Shown here: piece after piece, positions 15,918 to 24,920 of the stretch
Numbering within the stretch: position 1 is the stretch's first letter
Layout of the letters: the number at the start of each line of letters is the position of its first letter
Source of the DNA: an uncultured Dehalococcoidales bacterium
Lineage (GTDB): Bacteria; Chloroflexota; Dehalococcoidia; GIF9; AB-539-J10
NCBI GenBank assembly: GCA_964353715.1
Contig: CAYGWI010000001.1
Span: 1 to 29,232 of the forward strand
Length of the DNA stretch: 29,232 nucleotides
Direction: 5' to 3'
The notes under the pieces: model-generated
Told to the model about the DNA's origin: nothing
What the model saw: the letters and a program-made list of their open reading frames with translations, nothing else
Databases searched by the model: none
Made by a program: the position numbers and the translations under genes

Positions 15918-16033
15918 AATATCCCGAGCGTCATCGATTTGCTGCTGGCGCCCATCAATGTAGCCACGGTACGATTCCGCAAGCCCCTGGACTGTTACTT
16001 GGCATTGTCGCTTACTTGCCAAGTCAGCCACTA

Positions 16034-16054
16034 TCTACCTCTGCGGCTCGATAA
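16034..16054 (+). repeat. 21-bp direct repeat, copy 2
   Basis: Exact match to 9963..9983. The 16032-16060 segment also matches 21996-22024 at 25/29. Confidence 0.9.
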
Positions 16055-16094
16055 GCACGCGCAGAACAGAAATCCCTAGTCAGGAGGCAGTCGT

Positions 16095-16495
16095 CGCCGG
16101 TCACCAGTCACTAGTCACCAGTCACCAGTCGCTAGTCACTAGTGCCCAGTCCCTAGCCCCAGGCCTCTATCTAACCATTTAACCATCAACCATCTAACCC
16201 TCCAACCGTCTCCCGTCCCCACTGAATCTCTACGAGTCTCCCAGTCTCCAGCCTCTATGCACTCTACAAACTCAACGAACTCAATGAACTCCATTTCCAG
16301 TCCCTAACCACTAACCACTAGTCCCTAGTCGCTAGTCCCTAGCCACTAACCATTTAACCATCAACCATCTGACCATCTAACCATCTAACCGTCTCCCGTC
16401 CCCACTGTATCTCTACTAGTCTCCACCGCATCTCTACTGTATCTCTAACTGTCTCCAGTCTCTACAAACTCTACCAACTCCATAGACTCTATGTG
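16095..16495 (+). repeat. Composite C-rich tandem repeat tract with an internal duplication of about 175 bp
   Basis: TCACCAG/TCACTAG, AACCATC, ATCTCTA and AACTCAATG units. CTAACCATTTAACCATCAACCATCT occurs at 16171 and 16347. Lies between convergent genes. Confidence 0.85.
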
Positions 16496-16512
16496 ACCTT
16501 CCCCATCCTTTA

Positions 16513-17265
16513 TTAGAAGAGTAATGTGAGTAAGGTCACTATGCCTAGAATTACGGTAACGTAGCCGATCGCCCATCTCAGTTTTCTGCTATTGGCTTTC
16601 TGCACAATCAACACAGCAACAGGCGTCGACAGCACAACGCCAATAACGAGAGGTACAGTCAAGCTCCATTCCATTTGCCTGCTGAGAGAAACAAACGTAA
16701 GACTCCCGGCCAGGCTAACGAAGAGTTCAGAGAAACTCTGAATGGAAACGGCAGCCTTTTCACCTGTTCCCATCATTATTAGACCTGTGGTAATGATCGG
16801 GCCGAAGCCGCTTCCACTCATTCCTTTATTGAACGAACCGAAAACACCCAGACCGATCAGCTTATACCAGGTGAAGGCAGTCGTCCTTGTCTTGCTTAGT
16901 AGTAATAACAACCCTATAGACACTACTAGAATGCCTATGTAAATAGTCAGAACGAGGTCGCTAATGTTTATTGCCGTAATTGCCCCGATGAAACCACCCA
17001 GAGCACCGAGTAACCCGACAATCAAGGCTGTCTTCAGATGAGGGGATCTGAAGCTGAAATCGGCATTTTTTGAACGATGATGCAAAAATGGACTCAAGAT
17101 ATTTCCCGCCAGTGAAGCTAGTAATACAGAGGGGACTATCTGATGGGGCTCGAAATCCAGCAGAAGGAGTATGGGCGTCATAGTCAAACCAAAACCCATA
17201 CCGAATATCAAGTCAATCGTTGCTGTGCAGAAGGAAACAACGACTAGTATTACTGCTAGGGTCAT
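16513..17265 (-). CDS. TauE/SafE family sulfite exporter
   Basis: Multi-TM protein with GMGFG..TPILLL and GMSGSGFGP repeats; sulfur-cluster context. Confidence 0.85.
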   Translation of the reverse strand: MTLAVILVVVSFCTATIDLIFGMGFGLTMTPILLLLDFEPHQIVPSVLLASLAGNILSPFLHHRSKNADFSFRSPHLKTALIVGLLGALGGFIGAITAINISDLVLTIYIGILVVSIGLLLLLSKTRTTAFTWYKLIGLGVFGSFNKGMSGSGFGPIITTGLIMMGTGEKAAVSIQSFSELFVSLAGSLTFVSLSRQMEWSLTVPLVIGVVLSTPVAVLIVQKANSRKLRWAIGYVTVILGIVTLLTLLF

Positions 17266-17305
17266 TCATTGCCCCCCAACCATTTTAGAGGATTCCGAAC
17301 AACGA

Positions 17306-17854
17306 TTAGAGTCCCGCCTGCTCCAGCAGGACAAATAGTACGGTTATTAGAATCGCTAGAGGAATGATGACTGCCCAATTGTTGACTTTTAGAACCTGCG
17401 GAAGTGTGACATTGCCGAAATAACCGCTTCTCAGTACGCCTTCCTTTAGCCTTGGATACGCTGCTGCTAGTAATCCGGAACCAAGCACAATGCCAATTAA
17501 GCCGGCTGTTACTGCATCTAGGTAACCATTACCGATTGCACCGGCAATCGTGCCAGGGCAATAGCCCAGCAATGCGAAGCCTGTCCCAAAGATTAGCCCT
17601 CCTATCGCGTTCTTCCCCCATGAACCCGCTTTAGGACGCAACTTGATCCAGCCGAGGCCTTGCATTGCATAAAGGCCGATCATACCGGTGACGCTTGCCG
17701 AGAGCATGATCTTTGCGACAGTGAAATCGGTGAGTAAGAGCTGGTTGATAATGACATCATATTTGGTGGCGCCTCCTTTTTGCAGAAGGAAACCGAATAT
17801 AATGCCGAATAATAGGCCCCAAAACAACCTCGTTTTTTTTGCTTTCATCCGCAT
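17306..17854 (-). CDS. YeeE/YedE family thiosulfate transporter half
   Basis: FGFLLQKG and GFALLGYCPGT (conserved Cys). The start could be 17848. Confidence 0.88.
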   Translation of the reverse strand: MRMKAKKTRLFWGLLFGIIFGFLLQKGGATKYDVIINQLLLTDFTVAKIMLSASVTGMIGLYAMQGLGWIKLRPKAGSWGKNAIGGLIFGTGFALLGYCPGTIAGAIGNGYLDAVTAGLIGIVLGSGLLAAAYPRLKEGVLRSGYFGNVTLPQVLKVNNWAVIIPLAILITVLFVLLEQAGL

Positions 17855-17863
17855 TCTACCTTT

Positions 17864-18382
17864 CTACATTGTCACTTTGAAGAGCAATTGGGCCATCAGA
17901 ATCCCGCCTATGAAGAAGCAGATGGCCGATATCCAGCTTGATACGGCCAGCTGCATGGTGCCACTGATGCCATGGCCGCTTGTACAACCATCTGCCCAGC
18001 GTGACCCAAACCCCAGTAGAATACCGCCTGCGAATGCTATCACCAGGCGCAATGCCATGTTGTCTCCGAAATTGACTCTCCACACAGAAGGGATCCACTG
18101 CAAATTGAAATCGCCGGACAAAAGTGAAGCAATTAGAGCACCAACGACCACGCCTATAACCAGCATCATCTGCCAGTCGATCTCTGGTCTGACTTCCTGA
18201 TAGTAGAGTTTCTTCTCAACTCTTTTGCCTCTGAACAGCTTTTCAATCATGCCTGCAATCCGGGAAAACGAAGTTGAGCAACCGATGGGCTCACTCGAAA
18301 TGAGCCAGGTAAACCAGCTCAAGATACCTATGCCTGCCCCCGCTATATAGGGAGACCATTGTACTTCCGTTAGCCAATTCAT
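17864..18382 (-). CDS. YeeE/YedE family thiosulfate transporter half
   Basis: WSPYIAG, IGCSTSF and GSRWADGCTSGHGISG motifs. Confidence 0.9.
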   Translation of the reverse strand: MNWLTEVQWSPYIAGAGIGILSWFTWLISSEPIGCSTSFSRIAGMIEKLFRGKRVEKKLYYQEVRPEIDWQMMLVIGVVVGALIASLLSGDFNLQWIPSVWRVNFGDNMALRLVIAFAGGILLGFGSRWADGCTSGHGISGTMQLAVSSWISAICFFIGGILMAQLLFKVTM

Positions 18383-18411
18383 ATCGTTGTCCTCCTATCC
18401 GGATTCAGGGA

Positions 18412-19839
18412 TCAAAGGGAAATGTTCGTTGACCTCGGGCCATGTGGATTAATGCATACGTTACACTGCTTGATATGGCCGGCAGCGCTATATCCGGTCA
18501 TGCCACCGGCAACGTTGTAGACCTCCTTGAAGCCGTGTTGTTTGAGAATGCTTGCTGCCAGGCTAGAGCGATTTCCCGTACTGCAAATCACGTAAGCCGG
18601 CTTATCTTGATGTAATTCCTTGTAGCGTGTGCGCAATGCAGGAGCAGGAATGTTTATGGCGCCTTCTATATGGGCGTCGGCGAATTCTAATGGCGTCCTA
18701 ACGTCTATCAGCATTAATGGCTGGGGGTTATTGGTAATACGCCCATATAGGCTTTCCGCTGAAATGAGATGAACGTGATCTATTTGATAGCCGGCGTTCA
18801 CCCAGGATGTTACACCTCCGCTTAAATAGGCAACTATGCGGTCAACACCGACCCGACGCGCCCATAAGCTGGCGGTAACAGCCTCCTGATAGCTATCGGC
18901 AACCAGCAATATGTCTTGGTCCGTAGGCATAACCCATCCGGCGAACGTGGGGAAATTCCCCTTCAAATCGAGATGCCAGGAACCGGGTATATGGAAACCG
19001 GCGAAAGCTGCATAATTGCGTACGTCCAGTACTGCGCTGTTCGCCTCTTTCATTCTCTGAGCAAAATCTGTCGGTTTCAATTCCTCCAGTGCTGGTAATT
19101 CAGATAGTAGCGCTGGTCCGTTTCGGTTGATGTCGCTGCAGCGACCGAAGTGGTCTGGGGCTGGTGGCATATTTGAGGTAAGGGAGCGGACAAACTGAGT
19201 CTTGTCCTTGATCTGTAGACTGGGATTGTAGTGCCGCTCATAACCAATCGTAGAAGCCCATTTAGCCCCAATCGAGCGTCCGCATAGAGATCCCGCACCA
19301 TGGGCAGGGTAGACTTCACAATAGTCGGGGAGTTTGAGTAGTTTGTCATGCAGACTGTGGAAAAGCTTGCCCGCTAGATCATTGGCAATACCTGGAAACA
19401 GGTCCGGCCTGCCGACATCTCCTACGAACAGGACGTCTCCAACGAAGGCTCCTATGGGAGAATCACCTCGTGACCTGTCGGTTACCACGTATCCGACATG
19501 TTCTGGAGTATGGCCAGGTATCTCAAGGACATCTAATCTCATGTCCTCAATGTTGATCGCGTCACCTTCTGAGACTGATACGTGTTCAAACTTACAATTC
19601 CCTGACCTTGGCGCATATATTCTGGCCTTTGTTTTGACAGCCAGATCCATATGCCCGGAGACGAAATCCGCATGGAGGTGTGTCTCCAGGATATGAGTGA
19701 TAGTGACCCCGAGATCACGTGCCTCGTTAACATAGAGGTCTACATCTCGTCTGGGATCAATTACGGCACAGGTCTGTTTGCCCGCCAGGATATAGGAACT
19801 GTGAGCGATCTTATCCAGGAAATAGTGTTTCAGTAGCAT
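18412..19839 (-). CDS. MBL-fold persulfide dioxygenase-like domain fused to a pseudo-rhodanese and a rhodanese (CstB-like architecture)
   Basis: THLHADFVSG, PGHTPEH and GDVGRPDL. The C-terminal rhodanese has ICSTGNRS; the middle rhodanese lacks the Cys. Confidence 0.9.
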   Translation of the reverse strand: MLLKHYFLDKIAHSSYILAGKQTCAVIDPRRDVDLYVNEARDLGVTITHILETHLHADFVSGHMDLAVKTKARIYAPRSGNCKFEHVSVSEGDAINIEDMRLDVLEIPGHTPEHVGYVVTDRSRGDSPIGAFVGDVLFVGDVGRPDLFPGIANDLAGKLFHSLHDKLLKLPDYCEVYPAHGAGSLCGRSIGAKWASTIGYERHYNPSLQIKDKTQFVRSLTSNMPPAPDHFGRCSDINRNGPALLSELPALEELKPTDFAQRMKEANSAVLDVRNYAAFAGFHIPGSWHLDLKGNFPTFAGWVMPTDQDILLVADSYQEAVTASLWARRVGVDRIVAYLSGGVTSWVNAGYQIDHVHLISAESLYGRITNNPQPLMLIDVRTPLEFADAHIEGAINIPAPALRTRYKELHQDKPAYVICSTGNRSSLAASILKQHGFKEVYNVAGGMTGYSAAGHIKQCNVCINPHGPRSTNISL

Positions 19840-20309
19840 CGTATCTCCTTCTTCTCTATCTCATCTAACTGCTAGGTGGCAGACGCTGCTTGATTATACA
19901 CCTGTTTTCCAGGCTCTACGACGCCACGAATCTTAGGGGAACCATACATGCCAATGATGCCCGCTGCAAATTGGCCGGATTGACCTGTCAGCTTATACCC
20001 GGAATCGAGCCATCCGGCACCATTTCTTTCAGGGCAATTCTCGTGCCTTTGGCTGATAGCAGGCCCAGGTGCGTTTGGCGCCCGTAGTGAGAGAATCGAT
20101 GCTCGGCTTCGCTGAAGCTGCAAATGAGGCAGACCGCAGCTTATCTTCGCTTCGCTACAAGCTTTCATCCTGACAGGCGGCATTCTTGGCCCGAAGCTTC
20201 TCACCGGGACCATAGCGTAGCCAGTCGTACCAACCTATCGGTTTGAGACCTTCCGGAAGGAATAGTAGAATAATTGGATAGACTGTTTCTTTGATTTGGA
20301 GGGTAACGG

Positions 20310-20753
20310 TTGAAAATGCCCCGGCATGAGGCGTTGTTGAGAGAGGTAGTAAGCACGCAATACTTCGCCGTGCTCAGCACAATTGGTCAGGGCCTGCCAT
20401 ATAGTAATCTGGTGTCTTTCGCCGCAACTGATGACCTGAAATCACTCGTCTTCGTTACTGGGCGGAACACTCGAAAATACAGAAACATGCAGGATAACCA
20501 TAGTATCTCATTGCTAATCGACAACAGGAGCAACAAACCTTCCGATACTTCCCGGGCCGTTGCCATAACAGCGGTCGGCACCGCCCGCGAAGAAATAGAC
20601 AATAAGAGCCTCTTTCAAGCTATTCTCCTTGCCAGACATCCTCAACTGAGGCATTTCGTAGAGGCTCCCGATAATGCCATTATGCTGGTGGCCGTACGGG
20701 AATATATCGTGGCAGCCTTCGACAGGACAGAGAGTGTGCCTGTATCACAGTAA
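20310..20753 (+). CDS. Pyridoxamine 5'-phosphate oxidase-like (split-barrel flavin-binding) protein
   Basis: AVLSTI..GLPYSNLVSF..FVT.RNTRKYRNM..N..ISLLID. TTG start with GGAGG upstream; ATG 20316 is an alternative. Confidence 0.85.
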   Translation: MKMPRHEALLREVVSTQYFAVLSTIGQGLPYSNLVSFAATDDLKSLVFVTGRNTRKYRNMQDNHSISLLIDNRSNKPSDTSRAVAITAVGTAREEIDNKSLFQAILLARHPQLRHFVEAPDNAIMLVAVREYIVAAFDRTESVPVSQ

Positions 20754-20991
20754 ATCTTACTGGTATTGAAGCATGGTGCTCCAACTCTCAAACTTTCTGG
20801 AGTTAATGAGTCATAAAACACTAGAAGGTGCAGCGGCATTTGCCTTGCTCTGAACTGGTGCGTACGATATTGAACACGAAGAGAGGTGCGGCCGCTTGTC
20901 TCCTCAATGCAGGGCAGGACGAGGGACTATACAATCCGGCTTCTCCCTGGCATAATCCTAAGTGCAAAGAAGCAGTCAAACAGGAGGACAT

Positions 20992-21771
20992 ATGGACGAG
21001 AGACTTCAGAAGCTGAAGCGCTTCAACCTTATCATGGGAGGATTTCACCTCATCCAGGGTCTGATTATGGCGTTTCTGGCTACGACGGTCATTCAGAAGA
21101 TAGCGGAGTTCCAGCCGACCATAGTGCAGTTCTATTTGAGGTTTAATCCCGCCACGAGTTCCCTTGAAGTCACGTCCAGGGAGTTATTCGACCTCCCCTT
21201 TGGCTTTCTCGTCGCCACCTTTCTGCTGATCTCGGCGGTTGCTCATGGGCTGATCGTCCTGATGAGTGCGCGGTACTTCGCGGACCTGAAGAAAGGCATC
21301 AACAAGTTCCGCTGGTTTGAATACGCCCTGAGTTCCTCTGTGATGATCGTACTGATTGCCACGCTGTTCGGGATCTATGATATCGCTTCGCTGATACTGA
21401 TCTTCATTGTCAACGCATCTATGAATCTATTCGGCTTGACCATGGAGCAGCTCAATTCGGGCGGCGAGAAAACCAGGGTCAAATGGGGGCCCTTTGTCTG
21501 GGGGGCCATAGCCGGGATAGCTCCCTGGATAGCCATAATCATTTACATGTTTGGGACGGGCAACTTCGGCATGGTGCCCTGGTTTGTGTGGGCGATTGTC
21601 GGCACGTATTTCGTGGCCTTCAATACATTCCCAATCAACATGATCCTGCAATACAAGCGTGTCGGCAAGTGGAAGGACTACCTGTACGGAGAGAAGACTT
21701 ACATCGTACTGAGTCTTGTAGCCAAGTCGCTCCTGGCCTGGCTGGTGCTCTTCGGCGCAATGCAACCTTAA
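20992..21771 (+). CDS. heR: Heliorhodopsin (259 aa)
   Basis: FHLIQ (TM1 His), AVAH (TM2 His), RWFEYALSSS (counterion Glu) and LSLVAK (retinal Lys). ATG 20992 with AGGAGG. Confidence 0.95.
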   Translation: MDERLQKLKRFNLIMGGFHLIQGLIMAFLATTVIQKIAEFQPTIVQFYLRFNPATSSLEVTSRELFDLPFGFLVATFLLISAVAHGLIVLMSARYFADLKKGINKFRWFEYALSSSVMIVLIATLFGIYDIASLILIFIVNASMNLFGLTMEQLNSGGEKTRVKWGPFVWGAIAGIAPWIAIIIYMFGTGNFGMVPWFVWAIVGTYFVAFNTFPINMILQYKRVGKWKDYLYGEKTYIVLSLVAKSLLAWLVLFGAMQP

Positions 21772-21995
21772 GACCGGAGCAGGAACGAATCACGCAATGG
21801 GGTTGCCGTGACGCCAGGTGGCTCATGTTTGGCCCACACATCATTTCACCGGAACAATCGTACGGAGTCTCTGGTCTGTGAAGGGCGCCATCCTCACCAC
21901 CGCGGCATCAACACCTGGTGTCGAGCCCATCGCGTCTAGTTGCACAGATCGTCATATTGTCGCCAGGTATTCTCTCCCGTCCGAAAGCCGGACGT

Positions 21996-22024
21996 TATCC
22001 GCCTCTGCGCCTCGATGAGCACGC
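21996..22024 (+). repeat. Degenerate third copy of the 9963/16034 repeat
   Basis: TATCCGCCTCTGCGCCTCGATGAGCACGC is 25/29 identical to 16032-16060. Confidence 0.75.
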
Positions 22025-22129
22025 TGGGACTTGGGCCAGGTGTCAGGGGCTAGGGGCTAGGTCAGCCCACAACTGTTAACCCGCCAACTCTTCTCGTCTC
22101 CTCTGGTAGTAGACGATCGGCAGCCCAAT

Positions 22130-22200
22130 CTTCAATCTCCAGCCCCTAAACTCCATAAACTCAACCAACTCTACGAACTCAATGAACTCTATCTCCAGCC
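22130..22200 (+). repeat. AACTC-N4 nonamer tandem repeat
   Basis: AAACTCCAT-AAACTCAAC-CAACTCTAC-GAACTCAAT-GAACTCTAT. Confidence 0.8.
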
Positions 22201-22286
22201 CCACTCGTCAGGACTCAGAATTCAGAAGCAACATTAGGAAGTATGATACGGCCAGGCAAGGTGATCTATGCGCGCTAGCTCGTCAA

Positions 22287-23669
22287 CTACGCTCTTTTGG
22301 CGGCAATTGTATTGCCGCTGTCCTTTGTTCCGAACCGCTGTAGAAGTTTGTATGTGCAGTCAACACCAAAGGTGAGAGCCTCAACCGGTATGCGCTCATC
22401 CGGCCCATGCATCAGTTGCCAGAAAAAGAAATCGCGCGGCAGATTCATCGGTATGAATCCGTAGGTCTGAATACCTAATCGCGAAAAAAGCCGTCCGTCT
22501 GTAGACCCGGGTATCACCACAGGGACAGGAATGCCTTCCGGATCGGCCTCCCGCAAGATATCTGAGAGAACACCGAACAACCCCATATCTGGCTCTACAG
22601 GCAACTTCTCGTAAAAGCGGGTTTCCACTACCTTAATTTCGGCGTCTTCTCCGACAAGCTGACGCAGCTCAGAGACTGCGTCTTCAGTGGTATATCCCGG
22701 AAGCAAGCAAAAGACTAGACCAACAGTGATTTTTTCTGGAATTCTGTTTGGAACGTCAGCCCCCGTAATCATGGTGGCGTTGACCGTATTGTGCAGCAAT
22801 GCCTCGAACTGCTCAACTTGCTTTCCTAACCCTCTCAGTACCCCGTCAGTCAGTCTAGGGTTCAAGAGTTGGCGCAAGACCAGGTTGCTGGGAAATGGCA
22901 TAGCACCGGCCATCATTTGTATCATCTGTCGTGTCGCTGGCGTCACATGCACTGGCAGATGCTGCGTGTCGAGCCGTTGAAGCAATTTGCCTAACTTAGC
23001 TGTCGCTCCTCCATGGTATGTTCCTGTAGGATGTCCGCCCTGTCCGCGTAAAGTCACCTCTATACCGCAGATTCCTTTCTCGGCCACCATGATGGGATAG
23101 AATCTCCGCTTTCCAACGTAGAAGCTAAAGCCGCCGAGCTCTCCTATAGCGTAGCGAACATCTGCGAACTGAGCGGCGTGGTTCTCTACAAGATACCTGG
23201 CACCGAATTCTCCACCCTTTTCTTCGTCGCTGACAATAGCCAGTATCACATCGCCAGGGGGTTTGAGCCCTTCAGCTTTAGCCCGCAAGAAGGCGGCCAG
23301 CATCATGGTTACGCCTCCCTTCATGTCGAGAGCACCGCGTCCCCAGACAGAGCCGTCCACGACCTTACCCTCAAACGGTGGATGTTGCCATGTCTGGTTT
23401 TCGGTAGTCACCACATCTACGTGTCCCTGAAGCAACAAAGGAGGCGCATTGCCTTGCCCGGGCAGACGTGCAATCAAATTGGTGCGCACCGGGTCACGGG
23501 CAAGAATAGTAGTTTCAATGCCTGCTGCTTTGATAAGACCACTTATATAGCTGATGCATTCTCCCTCATTGCCTGGCGGACTGGTCGTATCAAAGCGGAT
23601 CAGGTTTTGCAGCAATTCTACGGGGCGCTCATAAATGGTCGCTGCGTCACTCCTGGTTGATAAGGTCAT
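22287..23669 (-). CDS. M20/M25/M40 family metallopeptidase/amidohydrolase
   Basis: GHVDVV, GRGALDMKGG, DEE, GE and HGPDERI motifs. Start set at ATG 23669 (GGAGG SD). Confidence 0.92.
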   Translation of the reverse strand: MTLSTRSDAATIYERPVELLQNLIRFDTTSPPGNEGECISYISGLIKAAGIETTILARDPVRTNLIARLPGQGNAPPLLLQGHVDVVTTENQTWQHPPFEGKVVDGSVWGRGALDMKGGVTMMLAAFLRAKAEGLKPPGDVILAIVSDEEKGGEFGARYLVENHAAQFADVRYAIGELGGFSFYVGKRRFYPIMVAEKGICGIEVTLRGQGGHPTGTYHGGATAKLGKLLQRLDTQHLPVHVTPATRQMIQMMAGAMPFPSNLVLRQLLNPRLTDGVLRGLGKQVEQFEALLHNTVNATMITGADVPNRIPEKITVGLVFCLLPGYTTEDAVSELRQLVGEDAEIKVVETRFYEKLPVEPDMGLFGVLSDILREADPEGIPVPVVIPGSTDGRLFSRLGIQTYGFIPMNLPRDFFFWQLMHGPDERIPVEALTFGVDCTYKLLQRFGTKDSGNTIAAKRA

Positions 23670-23834
23670 TTCGAACCTCCTGCGCAAAGTTCAGATGTTC
23701 TCCAATATAACAGTATGGAGAGAACAGAGCAATTGCGACTTCTTGTGACTGACTATCCCGCCGATGGTATTAACACCTTCTCCTCAAGGATGAGTGCGGA
23801 GACTATCTACCAGGGCCCGCCAACGTAATTGCTA

Positions 23835-24055
23835 ACTAGCTTGTATCTCTACTAATCTCTATGCGTCTCTAGTCTCTATAAACTCCACCAACTCTATAAA
23901 CTCTATGAACCCAATGAACTTCCCTTGTCTCTCCGAGTCTCCAATACCCTTAATGTATCCCCCTCGTCTCTAGTCCACTCCTCATCTATCATCTCGTCAC
24001 AAACTCTATAAACTCAATGAACTCCATAAGCTCAATGAACTCTATTCCTAGTCTA
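23835..24055 (+). repeat. C-rich composite tract with ATCTCTA units and two AACTC-N4 nonamer blocks
   Basis: Nonamer blocks at about 23880-23918 and 24001-24045. Confidence 0.8.
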
Positions 24056-24074
24056 TCGGATTGCCACGCCCCTA

Positions 24075-24920
24075 CTACTCCCCAAAAGGCTCGATGCCCA
24101 GTTCTGCCATCAGTTTGTTTACAAGTTCGAATGCTTCTCTTTGAATCCGTAGGCGCTCTTCGCGGTCTTCCTCTCCCAAGAAATCTGCAACCCCAACCGG
24201 TCCTATGGAGTTAGTCGTTGTAAACCTGGCCTTGATCTTCCCGAAGCCTTCCCTGGCTAGTTTATTATCCATAAGAGGTCTTATATCCCGCACTAGGGCT
24301 GGTATTCCGCCAGGGTAATGGCGGCAGCAGTAATAGATATCATAGGCGTCTTTTTCTTTGATGCGGCCCCATAATGCCATCCCCTTGGTCACCAGGAAAG
24401 GACCGATTGCAGATACCTTGACTGTTACTTCGTGTGTTGCGCCGTTTGGCAACCTGCTTTTTACCTTGACTTTCACCGGATTGTCGAAAACAAGGTCACA
24501 CCCTCTGGCCTTTCTGGCTCGAGCATCTTGTATCTTCTGATGACGATTCCAACGCCTCGTGCCGCCGTATTCACCGGCTAAAAGATCAATCTTTACGGTG
24601 ATGTTCTTCCCGGTTTCAGTTTCTACATCCCGGTAGAAGACGTAGGGCTGTTCACCCTTCTTTTGATAGTAATCCCTGGCTTTCAGGGTCTCGACAATTG
24701 TCTGGTAGCTATCGTTGGAGATAAGTCTATTGTCCAGAGCAAGGTCTATATCCATCGTACCAGGGTGCTTTACACCGGCGGACTTAATCAGGAGAGGCGG
24801 AACATTTCCTCCCACTATTACAATGTTTTCCCGAAATTCGCCCAGGACGGTCATTACCTCCACCAGCACAGATAGACAGGCCTGGGTTTCTGGCGGCGTA
24901 TAATCGCTCTGCTTCACCAT
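24075..24920 (-). CDS. AbiEii-like nucleotidyltransferase toxin (type IV TA)
   Basis: IVIVGG..GTMDIDL NTase motif and KDAYD. Overlaps the upstream antitoxin-like gene by 7 nt. Confidence 0.8.
   Translation of the reverse strand: MVKQSDYTPPETQACLSVLVEVMTVLGEFRENIVIVGGNVPPLLIKSAGVKHPGTMDIDLALDNRLISNDSYQTIVETLKARDYYQKKGEQPYVFYRDVETETGKNITVKIDLLAGEYGGTRRWNRHQKIQDARARKARGCDLVFDNPVKVKVKSRLPNGATHEVTVKVSAIGPFLVTKGMALWGRIKEKDAYDIYYCCRHYPGGIPALVRDIRPLMDNKLAREGFGKIKARFTTTNSIGPVGVADFLGEEDREERLRIQREAFELVNKLMAELGIEPFGE

Noticed and set aside
3348-15982. Numerous antisense or alternative-frame ORFs inside res, mod and the novel operon (e.g. 3518-3982, 8668-9258, 10925-11443)
   Set aside because: Shadow ORFs of long, motif-supported genes.
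9853-16094. Integron cassette array (attC sites)
   Set aside because: No convincing RYYYAAC..GTTRRRY palindromes between the genes, the genes overlap as an operon, and there is no integron integrase.
19872-20213. 113-aa minus-strand ORF upstream of the sulfur operon
   Set aside because: No recognisable motif or SD, and the composition is non-coding-like.
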